Positions 27,600 to 39,402 of a stretch of 42,849 nt of DNA are shown here, piece by piece (within the stretch, counting starts at the first letter, position 1; each line of letters opens with the position of its first letter). The notes below the pieces were generated by a model. It did no database searches, was not told the origin of the DNA, and was given only the letters and a program-made list of their open reading frames with translations. The translations under genes were made by a program, and so were the position numbers. The DNA comes from Thermodesulfovibrionia bacterium (GTDB taxonomy: Bacteria > Nitrospirota > Thermodesulfovibrionia > UBA6902): contig JBCKZY010000005.1 of NCBI GenBank assembly GCA_038918635.1, positions 1 through 42,849 on the forward strand. The letters run 5' to 3'.

Positions 27600-27675
27600 G
27601 GATTCCCCGAATAAGTCGGGACAGGCCCGCCCAGAGGACCCGCTTCGCCGAATCGAGGCGAGTCACGGGAATGAC
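27600..27675. repeat. Right half of the IS-interrupted CGTC-type repeat
   Basis: ggattcccc...cgggacaggccc...cacgggaatgac. Confidence 0.75.
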
Positions 27676-27711
27676 AGACATTCTTGAGCGCATCATGCTG
27701 CACATTAATAC

Positions 27712-28398
27712 TCACACAGACCCAGAAGAGCCGCATTCAATATTTGGAAGAATTTTTAATAGTTCTCCAAAGCCATTGATCATGAAGTCAGCGTCTTTCA
27801 GTGTTTCTCTGGAACGGAATCCATAAGTGACAGCGATTGATCTCAGTCCTGCGGCTCTACCTGCCTCAATATCGAAATTGCTGTCGCCTATGATTACAGC
27901 TTCATCACCGGAGACAGCGAAACGGTCAAGGATCTCCAGTACCGGGACTGGAGAGGGTTTTTTTTCGGACAGGCTGTCACTTCCAAAGACCGCGTCAAGT
28001 GAATCGAGGATACCTAAACCTGCAAGAATCTTTATTGAGTACTCTTCTCTCTTGTTTGAAAGGACGGTTTTTCTATAATGTCCGAGTTTTAACAGGGTTT
28101 CCTTTACCCCGGGGTAGGCAACTGTCTTATCAAGAAGGTGGGCTGAATAATAATCGAGAAATCTTTTAACGGCATTTTCAAACCGATTGCTCTCTGAATG
28201 ACCGGCTTTAGCAGGGTCGTCTGAAACTGTTAAGGACCTGATGAGACTTGTGATACCGGAGCCTACCATGGCCTTTATCTCTTCAACCGAGTAGGGCTTT
28301 TTATCGAAAGGCTCTAGAGCGAAGTTAATAGAGTCGGTGATATCACGGCTGGTGTCAGCAAGAGTGCCGTCAAGGTCAAATATCAAAAGCTTTAACAT
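27712..28398 (-). CDS. HAD-superfamily hydrolase, phosphoglycolate phosphatase-like
   Basis: FDLDGTLADT, LSNK, KKPSP, IGDSNFDIEAG. Confidence 0.88.
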   Translation of the reverse strand: MLKLLIFDLDGTLADTSRDITDSINFALEPFDKKPYSVEEIKAMVGSGITSLIRSLTVSDDPAKAGHSESNRFENAVKRFLDYYSAHLLDKTVAYPGVKETLLKLGHYRKTVLSNKREEYSIKILAGLGILDSLDAVFGSDSLSEKKPSPVPVLEILDRFAVSGDEAVIIGDSNFDIEAGRAAGLRSIAVTYGFRSRETLKDADFMINGFGELLKILPNIECGSSGSV

Positions 28399-28419
28399 TT
28401 TGAATGGAGAACGGAGAGG

Positions 28420-28830
28420 TTACTTGATCTGGTGTTTCTCTGCTATCTGTACCCTTGATACCGAACGCTCAATGGCTGCGGTTGTCCTTGCTTCATCAAA
28501 TTTTTCAGCCTGACTGACCCTCTCTTCAGCACGTTTTTTGGCTTCTATGGCTCGTTCAAGATCGATATCATCGGACCTCTCAGCGCTGTCGGCAAGAATC
28601 AGGACCTTGTCAGGACCAACCTCGGCATAGCCCCAGTTGACAAAAAAGTATCCTTTTTCATTGCCTTTCCTGTAGGTCAGCATCCCTATCTTCAGTGTTG
28701 TAAAGAAAGGTATGTGGTCCGGTAAAATACCGAACTCTCCTTCGGTGCCCTGGGCGATGACCTCGTCTACCTGATCGCTGAAGGCCAGACCGAAGGGTGT
28801 TACAATTTCCAGATTGAGTTTATTCTCCAT
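28420..28830 (-). CDS. atpC: ATP synthase F1 epsilon subunit
   Basis: LEIVTP, GEFGILPDH, ILADSAE; follows atpD. Confidence 0.95.
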   Translation of the reverse strand: MENKLNLEIVTPFGLAFSDQVDEVIAQGTEGEFGILPDHIPFFTTLKIGMLTYRKGNEKGYFFVNWGYAEVGPDKVLILADSAERSDDIDLERAIEAKKRAEERVSQAEKFDEARTTAAIERSVSRVQIAEKHQIK

Positions 28831-28881
28831 TTATATAAACCTCTTGCCTTTATCGGCTTATTACGCATGTGGCTGAATATT

Positions 28882-30406
<1,525 letters not shown>

Positions 30407-31276
30407 TTATTTAAGCGCCTCAACACCGCCGACTATATCCATGAGCTCTGCGGTTATGCTTGCCTGTCTGGCCTTGTTGTATTTCAGAGTCAAAGCCCCG
30501 ATCATCTCGTTGGCATTCTGCGTGGCGTTCTCCATGGACGTCATTCTTGCAGCCTCTTCGGACGCCGATGATTCAATTATGGCCCTGAAAATCTGCACCT
30601 CTATATTTTTGGGTAAAAGCTGATTATAAACCTCTTCCCGGGAGGGCTCGTAAAGATAGGCCGTTGACGGCTCTGAACTCTCCTCCGGTTCTGCGTCAGA
30701 TGCATAGGGGAGCAGGCGGGACATAGTGACTTCCTGCGCCATTACGGTTATGAATTTGTTATATAGCAGAAAGACCTCATCGATATTCTCTCCAAGGTAA
30801 CTGTCTATAACATTATTTGCGATCTCCTGAGAGCCCGCAAAAGAGACCTTACCTGACAGCCCTGTCCATGACTTACGGATATTCACATCACGCCTCTTAT
30901 AGTAGTCCAGGGCTTTCTTGCCGATAAGACTTAAACTGACGTCAAGGCCCTCTGACTTCCTCTCTTTAATGAAGGCGTTGGCTTTCTTAATGATATTGGA
31001 ATTAAATGCTCCGCATAAGCCCCTGTCGCTGGTCATAATTAAGATATCGACAGTCTTTCTGGCCCTGGGTTTAAGCAGGGGGTGTTCTGCAATACCCGAG
31101 CCCGCCGACAGGCTGCCAAGGACGCTCTTCATCTTATCAGCATAAGGCCGCATCTCCAGCATTCTTGACTGAGCCTTTCTCAGTTTAGAGGCAGCCACCA
31201 TCTTCATGGCGCTTGTGATCTGCTTTGTGTTTTTTACGGCTTCAATTCTTCTTTTAATCTCTCTCAGAGTGGCCAT
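30407..31276 (-). CDS. atpG: ATP synthase F1 gamma subunit
   Basis: ITSAMKMVAASKL, SDRGLCGAFN, YNKARQASITAEL. Confidence 0.98.
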   Translation of the reverse strand: MATLREIKRRIEAVKNTKQITSAMKMVAASKLRKAQSRMLEMRPYADKMKSVLGSLSAGSGIAEHPLLKPRARKTVDILIMTSDRGLCGAFNSNIIKKANAFIKERKSEGLDVSLSLIGKKALDYYKRRDVNIRKSWTGLSGKVSFAGSQEIANNVIDSYLGENIDEVFLLYNKFITVMAQEVTMSRLLPYASDAEPEESSEPSTAYLYEPSREEVYNQLLPKNIEVQIFRAIIESSASEEAARMTSMENATQNANEMIGALTLKYNKARQASITAELMDIVGGVEALK

Positions 31277-31301
31277 ATCTTTAACAGGCTTCTAAAAATC
31301 T

Positions 31302-32819
31302 CTATGCCTGAAACTCCTTTTTATAGGCTTCCATAGCTGCGTTCAGCTTCTCTTTCAGGGAGTCGTCAATCGCTTTCTTCTCCCTTATCTCTGCCCTTAA
31401 TTCATCATGTCTGTCCTTCATGAACCTGAGAAGGCCCTCCTCAAACTTCTTGACGGACTCAACAGGGATTTCGTCCATATGTCCCTGGGTTCCGGCAAAG
31501 AGGCCTATAATCTGGTCTTCAACAGGCAAAGGCACGAACTGTCCCTGCTTCAGCAGTTCTACCAATCTCTTGCCCCTTTCTATCTGCGCGAGGGTCGCCT
31601 TGTCAAGATCAGAGCCGAACTGCGCGAACGCGGCGAGTTCCCTGAACTGGGCAAGGTCGAGTCTCAGTGTTCCGGCAACCTGCTTCATGGCCTTTGTCTG
31701 CGCGGCCCCTCCAACACGGCTGACCGAGAGACCGACATTGACGGCCGGTCTGACGCCAGCATAGAAGAGTTCCGGTTCAAGGTAAATCTGCCCGTCAGTG
31801 ATTGAGATGACGTTTGTAGGGATATAGCCGGAGACGTCACCAGCCTGTGTTTCAATTATAGGAAGCGCGGTAAGGGATCCTCCGCCCAGGGCGTCGGACA
31901 GCTTTGCGGACCTTTCGAGGAGTCTTGAGTGGAGGTAAAATACATCACCGGGGAATGCCTCACGGCCCGGAGGTCGTCTGAGAAGGAGCGAGAGCTGCCT
32001 GTAAGCGGTAGCCTGTTTGCTCAGGTCATCATATATAATAAGAGCGTGTTTTCCGTTGTCCCTGAAGTACTCGCCCATGGCGCATCCCGTATAAGGGGCG
32101 ATGTACTGAAGAGGCGCCGGTTCACTTGCTGAAGCCGAAACGACGATGGTATGGTCCATCGCTCCCTCCTCTTCGAGTTTCCTGACGGTCCTGACTACAT
32201 TGGATCTTTTCTGACCGATAGCAACATATATACATATGACACCGCTTCCCTTCTGGTTGATGATGGCGTCAAGCGCGATGGCGGTCTTTCCGGTCTGCCT
32301 GTCCCCGATAATCAGCTCTCTCTGCCCTCTCCCGATAGGAATCATCGCATCCACAGACTTGAGGCCGGTCTGCATAGGCTCACCAACAGGCTGTCTGTCA
32401 ATAATGCCGGGGGCAACAACATCGACGATCCTCTTCTCTGTTGAATCAATCGGACCCTTGCCGTCTATCGGCTGTCCTATCGCGTTGACTGTCCTGCCTA
32501 CCAGGGCGTCACCGACAGGGACGTCCATGATCCTGCCGGTACGTTTGACAAGGTCACCTTCCTTGATAAGGGTATCTTCGCCAAAGAGAACGACTCCGAC
32601 AGAGTCTTCTTCGAGGTTCAGCGCCATTCCGAATACATTATTTGGAAACTCAAGAAGCTCTGAGGCCATCGCCTTGTCAAGACCGTAAACCTTGGCGATA
32701 CCGTCACCGACTTTGACTACAGTGCCTACCTCGCTTACATCAACACGTTTTTCAAAATCTGATATCTGTTTCTTTATTAATTCACTTATCTCTTCTGCCT
32801 TAAGTTCTGCTATATCCAT
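31302..32819 (-). CDS. atpA: ATP synthase F1 alpha subunit
   Basis: [36 protein letters not shown]. Confidence 0.98.
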   Translation of the reverse strand: MDIAELKAEEISELIKKQISDFEKRVDVSEVGTVVKVGDGIAKVYGLDKAMASELLEFPNNVFGMALNLEEDSVGVVLFGEDTLIKEGDLVKRTGRIMDVPVGDALVGRTVNAIGQPIDGKGPIDSTEKRIVDVVAPGIIDRQPVGEPMQTGLKSVDAMIPIGRGQRELIIGDRQTGKTAIALDAIINQKGSGVICIYVAIGQKRSNVVRTVRKLEEEGAMDHTIVVSASASEPAPLQYIAPYTGCAMGEYFRDNGKHALIIYDDLSKQATAYRQLSLLLRRPPGREAFPGDVFYLHSRLLERSAKLSDALGGGSLTALPIIETQAGDVSGYIPTNVISITDGQIYLEPELFYAGVRPAVNVGLSVSRVGGAAQTKAMKQVAGTLRLDLAQFRELAAFAQFGSDLDKATLAQIERGKRLVELLKQGQFVPLPVEDQIIGLFAGTQGHMDEIPVESVKKFEEGLLRFMKDRHDELRAEIREKKAIDDSLKEKLNAAMEAYKKEFQA

Positions 32820-32862
32820 AAAGTCACCCCCAAAGATTCTATTCTATTTATCTTTTTAAACC

Positions 32863-33402
32863 TTACTGACGAGTTAATTCAGCCCTCAAGAGCTGAAGCT
32901 GGCCTTTCAGACTGCTGTCGTAAACAGTGCTTCCCACCTTCACGATAAAACCGCCTATCAATGAAGGGTCCAGTCTGCTTTCAATCTGAACTTCCCTCTC
33001 CGTGAGGGAAGTTAATGCCGATTTAAGCCTGCTGATATATTTTTCATCAAGGGCCACAGGAGCTGTCACCTCTGCAGTAACCTTCCTGGCTTTTTCTTCG
33101 TAAAGTATTATTAAGGACTTGATTGTATCTTTTAAACCAGCGAGATACCCCTGAGATATTATTAATTTTAAGAATTTTTTTGTATCTCCTGAAGCCTTCA
33201 TATATATAAGAATCTCATCAAGAGACCGCTTCTTTTCGTCTTCTGAAAATATCTGGCTGATAAAGAATAGCCTGATCTTTCTGTCCGCTTCTATAAGATT
33301 TGAGAAAGACGTTAACTCCTCAATAACCGACGGCACCTGGGAAATTTCGACTGTATTTATAAGAGCCCTGCTGACTTTTCTGGCTATCTGGGTTTTATTC
33401 AC
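32863..33402 (-). CDS. atpH: ATP synthase F1 delta subunit
   Basis: DPSLIGGFIVKVGSTVYDSSLKGQL; position in the operon. Confidence 0.93.
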   Translation of the reverse strand: MNKTQIARKVSRALINTVEISQVPSVIEELTSFSNLIEADRKIRLFFISQIFSEDEKKRSLDEILIYMKASGDTKKFLKLIISQGYLAGLKDTIKSLIILYEEKARKVTAEVTAPVALDEKYISRLKSALTSLTEREVQIESRLDPSLIGGFIVKVGSTVYDSSLKGQLQLLRAELTRQ

Positions 33403-33995
33403 CTGTTTACCTCGAGTTTACCTATATACTCGTCAATGAGTTTTGCCTGTTCATTATTATCAAGTTTCTCTTTAATCTGTTTTTCAGCCATCTCAAGCGC
33501 CATAAGAGCGGCTTCCGACTTTAATGACTTTTTTGCCTTCTCAAGTTCGAACTCAATGTTGGCCTTTGCCTGCTTGATCATCTTCTTCTTCAGGCTTTCA
33601 CCCTGGGCTATGAGTTCTTCCTTCTCCCGCTCCCCTGACTTTCTGGAAGATTCAAGTATCTCATTCACCTCTTTATCCGCTTCTTTCAATCTCTGCTGGA
33701 CTTCCTTAAGAGATTTATTGGCAAGCTCCCTGGCTTCGGATGCCTCCTTTAAGGACTTTTCTATAAGAGCTGTACGGTTTTTGAAGAATTCCCTGACAGG
33801 TTTGCGCGTGAAATGGACAAGAACAAAGGCGAGAATTAAGAAATTGACGACAGGCCATAACCAGCCTATAGTACCTTGCTCACCGCCGCCGCCCATAGCA
33901 AATGCGCTGCCGGAGAGCATCAGGAATACCGCTGCGCTCAGGAACAGCATCAACGGGGCATCTGCCCTCAGTATTCTGAGATGTAAATATTTCAT
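33399..33995 (-). CDS. atpF: ATP synthase F0 subunit b
   Basis: VVNFLILAFVL TM segment followed by a charged coiled coil; N-terminal signal-like extension. Confidence 0.88.
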   Translation of the reverse strand: MKYLHLRILRADAPLMLFLSAAVFLMLSGSAFAMGGGGEQGTIGWLWPVVNFLILAFVLVHFTRKPVREFFKNRTALIEKSLKEASEARELANKSLKEVQQRLKEADKEVNEILESSRKSGEREKEELIAQGESLKKKMIKQAKANIEFELEKAKKSLKSEAALMALEMAEKQIKEKLDNNEQAKLIDEYIGKLEVNR

Positions 33996-34414
33996 ACGCC
34001 AACCATCTTTTCAACTATCTTTTTTGAGAACGCCTCAACATTCCCTCTTAACGACTCCCTTGCCTTCTCTGCCGCTGCCTTAAGTTTCTCAAGTGCTTCC
34101 TGTGACATCTTTTCGGTCTCCTTGCCCGCGGAGTCGAGATCATTTCTCTGGGCTTCAAGACCTTTGCTTCTTAATTCTTCATACACCACTTTTGCCTGAT
34201 CTCTTGTCTGAGCGAGTTTTGCATCCAGTTCTTTAAGGAGGTTGTCCTTGTCTTTATCCATGGCTTTGGCCTTATCGAGATAGCCGTTAATCCTGTCATC
34301 CCTCTCTTTCAGCTGGTTCAGAACAGGCCTGAAGAGGATTATGTTCAGGACAAACAGTAAAGCCAAGAAACTAGCCATTTGTACAGAAAGCCATAACAAA
34401 CTAATATCTAACAT
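33992..34414 (-). CDS. ATP synthase F0 subunit b'
   Basis: Q..SFLALLFVLNIILFRPV..LKER followed by a coiled coil; first gene of the atp cluster. Confidence 0.85.
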   Translation of the reverse strand: MLDISLLWLSVQMASFLALLFVLNIILFRPVLNQLKERDDRINGYLDKAKAMDKDKDNLLKELDAKLAQTRDQAKVVYEELRSKGLEAQRNDLDSAGKETEKMSQEALEKLKAAAEKARESLRGNVEAFSKKIVEKMVGV

Positions 34415-34635
34415 AAGGACTCCTAAATATTAATTATTTAATAAGAAATCTTAAACAGATCGGGAAACATGAAGCATAAAAATAGCAGGGTAGCAGTTTT
34501 TTGTCAACAGGGTAATAAAAATATTTATGAAACTTATATGCTGAGGGACCTTAAGAAATGGTGGGGGTACAGGTCTGTGGAAGTATCCGAAACCCTTTGA
34601 CTTTTTAGCGGTATTATTATAAACTTCATTAGATT

Positions 34636-35292
34636 ATGCATGGTGATACTGTTTTTACATTGATAATGAGGGCTGGTCCTGTTGTGAAATTCGTCCTTAT
34701 TGTGCTTCTCTTTTTTTCCGTGTTTTCATGGGCGATTATCTATAATAAATTCAGGCTGCTTTCAAATGTTGAGAAGGAGTCAGAGGAGTTCCAGAGGAAC
34801 TTCCAGAGCAGCAGAGACCTTGATACCCTTTATCACTCCACAAGAAGACTCAGGCTAAGCCCTCTGGCAAACCTATTCAGGGCTGTCCATGCCTCTGAAG
34901 AAACGGATATCGATAATATAAAGAGGACACTAAAGAGAGTAGAGGCGACAGAAGCCGCCAAGCTTGAAAGGTATCTTACCTTTCTGGCCACGACAGGGTC
35001 TACTACTCCTTTTATTGGTCTCTTCGGAACAGTGTGGGGGATTATGAATTCTTTCATAGGTATCGGCAGAATAGGTTCTGCCTCACTCGCTGTTGTTGCC
35101 CCGGGGATAGCCGAGGCACTCATAGCTACCGCCGCCGGACTTGTAGCTGCCATCCCTGCAGTTGTCGCGTACAACTACTATATAAGCAGGACCCGCAGAG
35201 ATATTATAGTTATGGAAGATTTTTCCCAGGAACTTGTAGATCATTTTATGAGGAAGCATGCACAGGAGAAGACAGGCACTATCAGAGATTAA
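34636..35292 (+). CDS. tolQ: Tol-Pal system protein TolQ (MotA/TolQ/ExbB family)
   Basis: FLATTGSTTPFIGLFGTVWGIM, VAPGIAEALIATAAGL. Confidence 0.93.
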   Translation: MHGDTVFTLIMRAGPVVKFVLIVLLFFSVFSWAIIYNKFRLLSNVEKESEEFQRNFQSSRDLDTLYHSTRRLRLSPLANLFRAVHASEETDIDNIKRTLKRVEATEAAKLERYLTFLATTGSTTPFIGLFGTVWGIMNSFIGIGRIGSASLAVVAPGIAEALIATAAGLVAAIPAVVAYNYYISRTRRDIIVMEDFSQELVDHFMRKHAQEKTGTIRD

Positions 35293-35647
35293 TGTTACCC
35301 CGTTTGTGGATGTTATGCTCGTACTGCTGATCATCTTTATGGTCACCGCGCCTCTGCTTCAGCAGGGAGTGGATGTTGACCTGCCAAAGGCTTCAGGTCA
35401 GACGCTCTCCCCGGCTGAGAGAGTTATAATAACCATTAAAAAAGGCGGGAAGATATATCTGGACAAGTCTGCCGTTACTCTGGATACGCTCAGGACCGGG
35501 TTGTCCGGCAAGCCCGGAGAAGAGGTCTTTCTTAAGGCTGACAAGGATGTCCCCTATGGTATCGTGGTTGCTGTTATGGGAGAGTTACGGGAGATCGGCA
35601 TTGAGAAACTGGGGATGATCACGGAGCCAAAAGCACGGTTTAAATGA
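35258..35647 (+). CDS. tolR: Tol-Pal system protein TolR
   Basis: SEINVTPFVDVMLVLLIIFMVTAP, LKADKDVPYG. Confidence 0.93.
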   Translation: MHRRRQALSEINVTPFVDVMLVLLIIFMVTAPLLQQGVDVDLPKASGQTLSPAERVIITIKKGGKIYLDKSAVTLDTLRTGLSGKPGEEVFLKADKDVPYGIVVAVMGELREIGIEKLGMITEPKARFK

Positions 35648-36378
35648 GACGTTCCCCAGGCATCGGGCATGAGCCGAGTCTTAAAAGGCTTGCAATAACC
35701 TCTTTTATACTCCATGTATTCCTGATTTCTGTATTAATAATACCATTCAGGACAGAGGAGAGAGAGTTCAGGTCTTACAGCGTAAATCTGGTTGAGCCGG
35801 TAAAAACGCAAAAAGAGGAGGGTGCTTCAGCAGGAAAGGCCAGGAAGAGGGTGCCTGCAAAGAAAAAGACTGTTGTAAAGAAGAAACTTCCCGAAAAAAG
35901 TTCTCTGCCGGCAGAAAAGGTGGTAAAGAAGGAGCCGCTTCCTGATAAAGAGAGCTCATCAGATTCAGAAGAGAAGATCGAAAAGGAGATCGAGAGACTT
36001 CGCGCGATAAAGGCGATTTCAAATAATAAGGCAGAGAAGGAGAAGACAAGTGAGATCGAGGTTATAAGAAGGAGGTTGTCCGATCAGTCCGGGTCCACGG
36101 GCAGGGGAAAGAGCATCGCCTCTGACTCTTATTATGCCCTTATAAAGTCGAAAATAGAGAGTGAATGGATACATCCTGGTTTTGATACAAAAGGACTTGA
36201 GGTCATTATATCAATAAATATAGGCAGCGATGGGAAGATTCTTTTACGTACGGTTGAGAAGACTTCAGGCAATATGTTTTTTGACAGTTCAGCCGTCAAA
36301 GCTATTTCAAAGGCCAGCCCCCTGCCTCCTCCTCCTCCTCATGTGGAGAAGGAGATAACAATGAGGTTCCATCTGTGA
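35644..36378 (+). CDS. tolA: TolA/TonB-like energy transducer
   Basis: TM helix with SxxxH (SFILH), K/E-rich linker, C-terminal SGN..FDSSA..AI..ASPLPPPP domain; lies between tolR and tolB. Confidence 0.8.
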   Translation: MRRSPGIGHEPSLKRLAITSFILHVFLISVLIIPFRTEEREFRSYSVNLVEPVKTQKEEGASAGKARKRVPAKKKTVVKKKLPEKSSLPAEKVVKKEPLPDKESSSDSEEKIEKEIERLRAIKAISNNKAEKEKTSEIEVIRRRLSDQSGSTGRGKSIASDSYYALIKSKIESEWIHPGFDTKGLEVIISINIGSDGKILLRTVEKTSGNMFFDSSAVKAISKASPLPPPPPHVEKEITMRFHL

Positions 36379-37622
36379 AAAAGAGGTGTAAGATTAATAG
36401 CCTAACGGCAAGAATTATTTTAATTGTCCTGTCAATTGTAACCTGTCACCTGGCATTCGCAGCTGCGTCTAATGCCAAAATCTATATTGACATAACATCG
36501 CCCGGAATAAGGAAACTCCCTATATCTATAACCTCTTCCGGGATTCCTGAGGCAAAGACCGTTGAAAGTATTGTCAAGAACGACCTCTTCTTCTCCGGGA
36601 TATTTTCAGAAGTGTCCCCTGACCTTCCGGGTGCGGAGATCAGGGTCAATATCGAATTGACGGAATCTGACGGATTGAAGGCTGCACTGGTTGTTTATGA
36701 TCTGATTGAGAACAGGGCTGTCCTGAAGAAGAGCTACGAGTCGTCGAAAAGTGTCATCCGCGGGCTGTCTCACAGTGTCTCTAATGACATCTTCAGGGTG
36801 GTGACCGGAAGGGAAGGCGTCTTCAGGACAAGGATAGCATATATCAAGGAGATACCCGGAAAGAAGGAACTTCACCTTATGGACTGGGACGGGTATAACT
36901 CCAGACGTATTATTTCAAACAGGCTTACCTCGAGCCACAACTGGTCTCATGACGGCAGGTTTATCGTTTACTCTTCCATATGGGGAAAGGAGTGGGTGAT
37001 TAATATTCTGGATCTCATAAAATATGAAAAGAGGCTGTTATTCTCATCTGAAGGACTGAACCTTGTCGGGAACATAACAGAGGATAATCGCGTGGTGTTT
37101 TCATCATCAAAGGATGGAAATCCTGAGATATACACCATAAATACTGATGGAAAGGGATACAGGAAAATGACAAGATCTTATGGCATCGATGTTTCGCCCG
37201 TATTCTCACCGGACGGGTCAGAGATCGCGTTTGTTTCTGATAAGGGAGGAACCCCCCAGATATATATCATGAACTCGGAAGGGAGGGAGAAGAGAAGAAT
37301 CACATTTGAGGGTAATTACAATACTTCGCCTTCATGGTCTTCTGACGGGAAACGGATCGCTTTTGTCGGAAGAAGGTATGGAAAAAATCAGATATTCGTG
37401 ATAGAATCTGATGGAACGAATATGAGACAGCTCACGGAGAGCGGCAATAATGAGGAGCCGACCTTTTCTCCTGACGGAATGTTTATCGCGTTTGACTCGG
37501 ACAGGGACGGAGAAAGGGGGATTTACGTAATGCGTGTCAACGGCGAAGCACAGAGAAGAATAACTCCGGGAGGAGTGAGCGTAAGGACGCCTAGATGGTC
37601 ACCGTACAAGAAAGTTTCGTAA
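36375..37622 (+). CDS. tolB: Tol-Pal beta-propeller protein TolB
   Basis: Signal peptide; repeated SP(V/S)(F/W)SPDG..IAF PD40 units. Confidence 0.92.
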   Translation: MKKRCKINSLTARIILIVLSIVTCHLAFAAASNAKIYIDITSPGIRKLPISITSSGIPEAKTVESIVKNDLFFSGIFSEVSPDLPGAEIRVNIELTESDGLKAALVVYDLIENRAVLKKSYESSKSVIRGLSHSVSNDIFRVVTGREGVFRTRIAYIKEIPGKKELHLMDWDGYNSRRIISNRLTSSHNWSHDGRFIVYSSIWGKEWVINILDLIKYEKRLLFSSEGLNLVGNITEDNRVVFSSSKDGNPEIYTINTDGKGYRKMTRSYGIDVSPVFSPDGSEIAFVSDKGGTPQIYIMNSEGREKRRITFEGNYNTSPSWSSDGKRIAFVGRRYGKNQIFVIESDGTNMRQLTESGNNEEPTFSPDGMFIAFDSDRDGERGIYVMRVNGEAQRRITPGGVSVRTPRWSPYKKVS

Positions 37623-37671
37623 TGTTGCCGGGATAACCGGCAACTCAACATATAACAACGGAGGAGGGGCT

Positions 37672-38202
37672 ATGAAAAAAGTATTCATCATTATGATGCT
37701 GGTACTTGCTGTTGGCTGTTCAAAAAAATATGTATCACCGACCCACGATACAACGGATACAGGTGACAGAACCGACTTTGCCAAGAAAGAGGTTGTAGAA
37801 GAACAGATCTATATGGGTGATGAGGAGGGGGAAATTTCTTCAGAGGATGAAGCGTTAAATGAAGGAATGGCCATTGCGCAGGATGCGCTCTTTGATTATG
37901 ACAAGTACGATATAAGGCCCGATGCCAGACCGACCCTTGATTCGGTTGCTTCATGGATGAACAAAAATAAAGGGTTCAATCTCACGATAGAGGGCCATTG
38001 TGATGAGAGAGGCACAAATGAATATAACCTTGCGCTGGGAGAGAAGAGGGCAAAGTCTGCCATGGATTATCTCGTATCGCTTGGTGTCTCCTCTTCAAGG
38101 ATGGGTATGATCACCTACGGTGAGGAAAATCCTGTCTGTGTTGAGAAGAATGAAGATTGCTGGCAGAAAAACAGAAGGGCCCATTTCGTTATTTTAAAAT
38201 AA
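37672..38202 (+). CDS. pal: Peptidoglycan-associated lipoprotein Pal
   Basis: Lipobox LAVGC; FDYDK, IEGHCDERGTNEYNLALGEKRA, NRRAHF. Confidence 0.96.
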   Translation: MKKVFIIMMLVLAVGCSKKYVSPTHDTTDTGDRTDFAKKEVVEEQIYMGDEEGEISSEDEALNEGMAIAQDALFDYDKYDIRPDARPTLDSVASWMNKNKGFNLTIEGHCDERGTNEYNLALGEKRAKSAMDYLVSLGVSSSRMGMITYGEENPVCVEKNEDCWQKNRRAHFVILK

Positions 38203-38297
38203 AAACAATATTTAATCACACAGTCACAAGGCGGGGAATGTGAATGGATAATATTTTTTCTTTATCCTGTACCAGGACCTGATTAATAAAGGCTATT

Positions 38298-39176
38298 ATG
38301 TATTCAGAAAAGGCAAAAGATGTTTTTTTTAGTTCGCGTTTGGTATTCAGTATCCTGTGTTCTGTAATCTTTCTAACCTCATGTGTAACATCAGATGAGG
38401 TAGGCAGGGTGCAATGGGAACTCAATGAGGTAAAGAAGAAAACCGACTCCATAGAGGCACGTCTTACAAGTGGAGAGGGGCAAGGTATTGAGGAGTCCCA
38501 GAAGGCCACGGCAAGGGCGGTCTCGGACCTCTTTATCAGGACACAGGAGCTTTCAAAAGAAGTCCAGAGGATTACCGGTCTGCTTGAAGAGGGACAGTAC
38601 CACTCTGAAAAGAGGCTGGAGGAAGCTGAAACTGTCAAAGAACTCCTCTCCTCCGATGTTGAGGAGCTTAAGGCATCTGTTGAGGATCTGAAGGACAGGC
38701 TGGTTAAACTGGAAGGTTCTCCTACGGGACAGAAGGAGAAGAAAGAGGATACTGTAGAAGAGGTCAAGCATAAGGAGAAGGAGCTTGAGAGTTCTGAAAT
38801 AAAAGATGTTTATATGGCCGCGTATGAATCCTACAAAGCCGGAAGTTTAAGCGAGGCAAGGGAGAAATTTGAATCCTTTATCAGGGATTATCCTGAGAAT
38901 GAATATACCGACAATACCCGTTTCTGGATTGCCGAGAGTTATTACAGGGAGAACAGCTTTGAGGACGCCATTCTTGCCTACGAAGACCTCTTCAGGAAGA
39001 ACCCTGATAGCGACAAGATTCCCGGGGCGATGCTTAAACAGGGCCTGGCTTTTTTTTCCCTTAAGGACAATGATACCGGCCGCCTGATACTGGAGAAGCT
39101 GTTAGAGAAGTACCCTGATTCCGATCAGTCCGGGGCCGCTAAAAAGAAGCTGGAAGAATCAAATTCTGGAGAATAA
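38298..39176 (+). CDS. cpoB: Cell division coordinator CpoB/YbgF (coiled coil plus TPR)
   Basis: Lipobox-like LTSC, coiled coil, TPR motifs (FWIAESYY, AMLKQG, YPDS); follows pal. Confidence 0.85.
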   Translation: MYSEKAKDVFFSSRLVFSILCSVIFLTSCVTSDEVGRVQWELNEVKKKTDSIEARLTSGEGQGIEESQKATARAVSDLFIRTQELSKEVQRITGLLEEGQYHSEKRLEEAETVKELLSSDVEELKASVEDLKDRLVKLEGSPTGQKEKKEDTVEEVKHKEKELESSEIKDVYMAAYESYKAGSLSEAREKFESFIRDYPENEYTDNTRFWIAESYYRENSFEDAILAYEDLFRKNPDSDKIPGAMLKQGLAFFSLKDNDTGRLILEKLLEKYPDSDQSGAAKKKLEESNSGE

Positions 39177-39178
39177 AA

Positions 39179-39201
39179 TTAAGCTGAAACTGTCAGCTTA
39201 A
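39179..39201. terminator. Hairpin directly after cpoB, possible terminator
   Basis: ttaagctga-aactg-tcagcttaa; no clear U-tract on the + strand. Confidence 0.35.
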
Positions 39202-39348
39202 GAAAACGTAAATATTAATTGTGATAGCTACAAAAGTCTTTCAAAAGGTGTAAGCACTTTTCTTGATTTCTTCACCTTGTTAATAAAGGGTCCGCCCCCA
39301 CCGCTTTGCTTCGCAAACCGAAGCAGTGGGGGTGATCTTTAATCTGTT

Positions 39349-39385
39349 CACTCGAATCCTTGAACCCTTGAACCCTTGAATCCTT
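39349..39385. repeat. 8-nt tandem repeat (GAACCCTT type)
   Basis: cactc gaatcctt gaaccctt gaaccctt gaatcctt; same unit as at 5793-6077 and 40775-41191. Confidence 0.7.
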
Positions 39386-39402
39386 TTAGTATATAAGTAA
39401 CT

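Noticed and set aside
27452-27826. 124-aa ORF on the + strand after the transposase
   Set aside because: It runs across the structured RNA, the IS end, a repeat and the antisense of the HAD gene, with no recognisable protein features.
33436-34083. Long antisense ORFs (this one, 38216-38767, 32236-32688 and others)
   Set aside because: Shadows of well-supported genes on the opposite strand.
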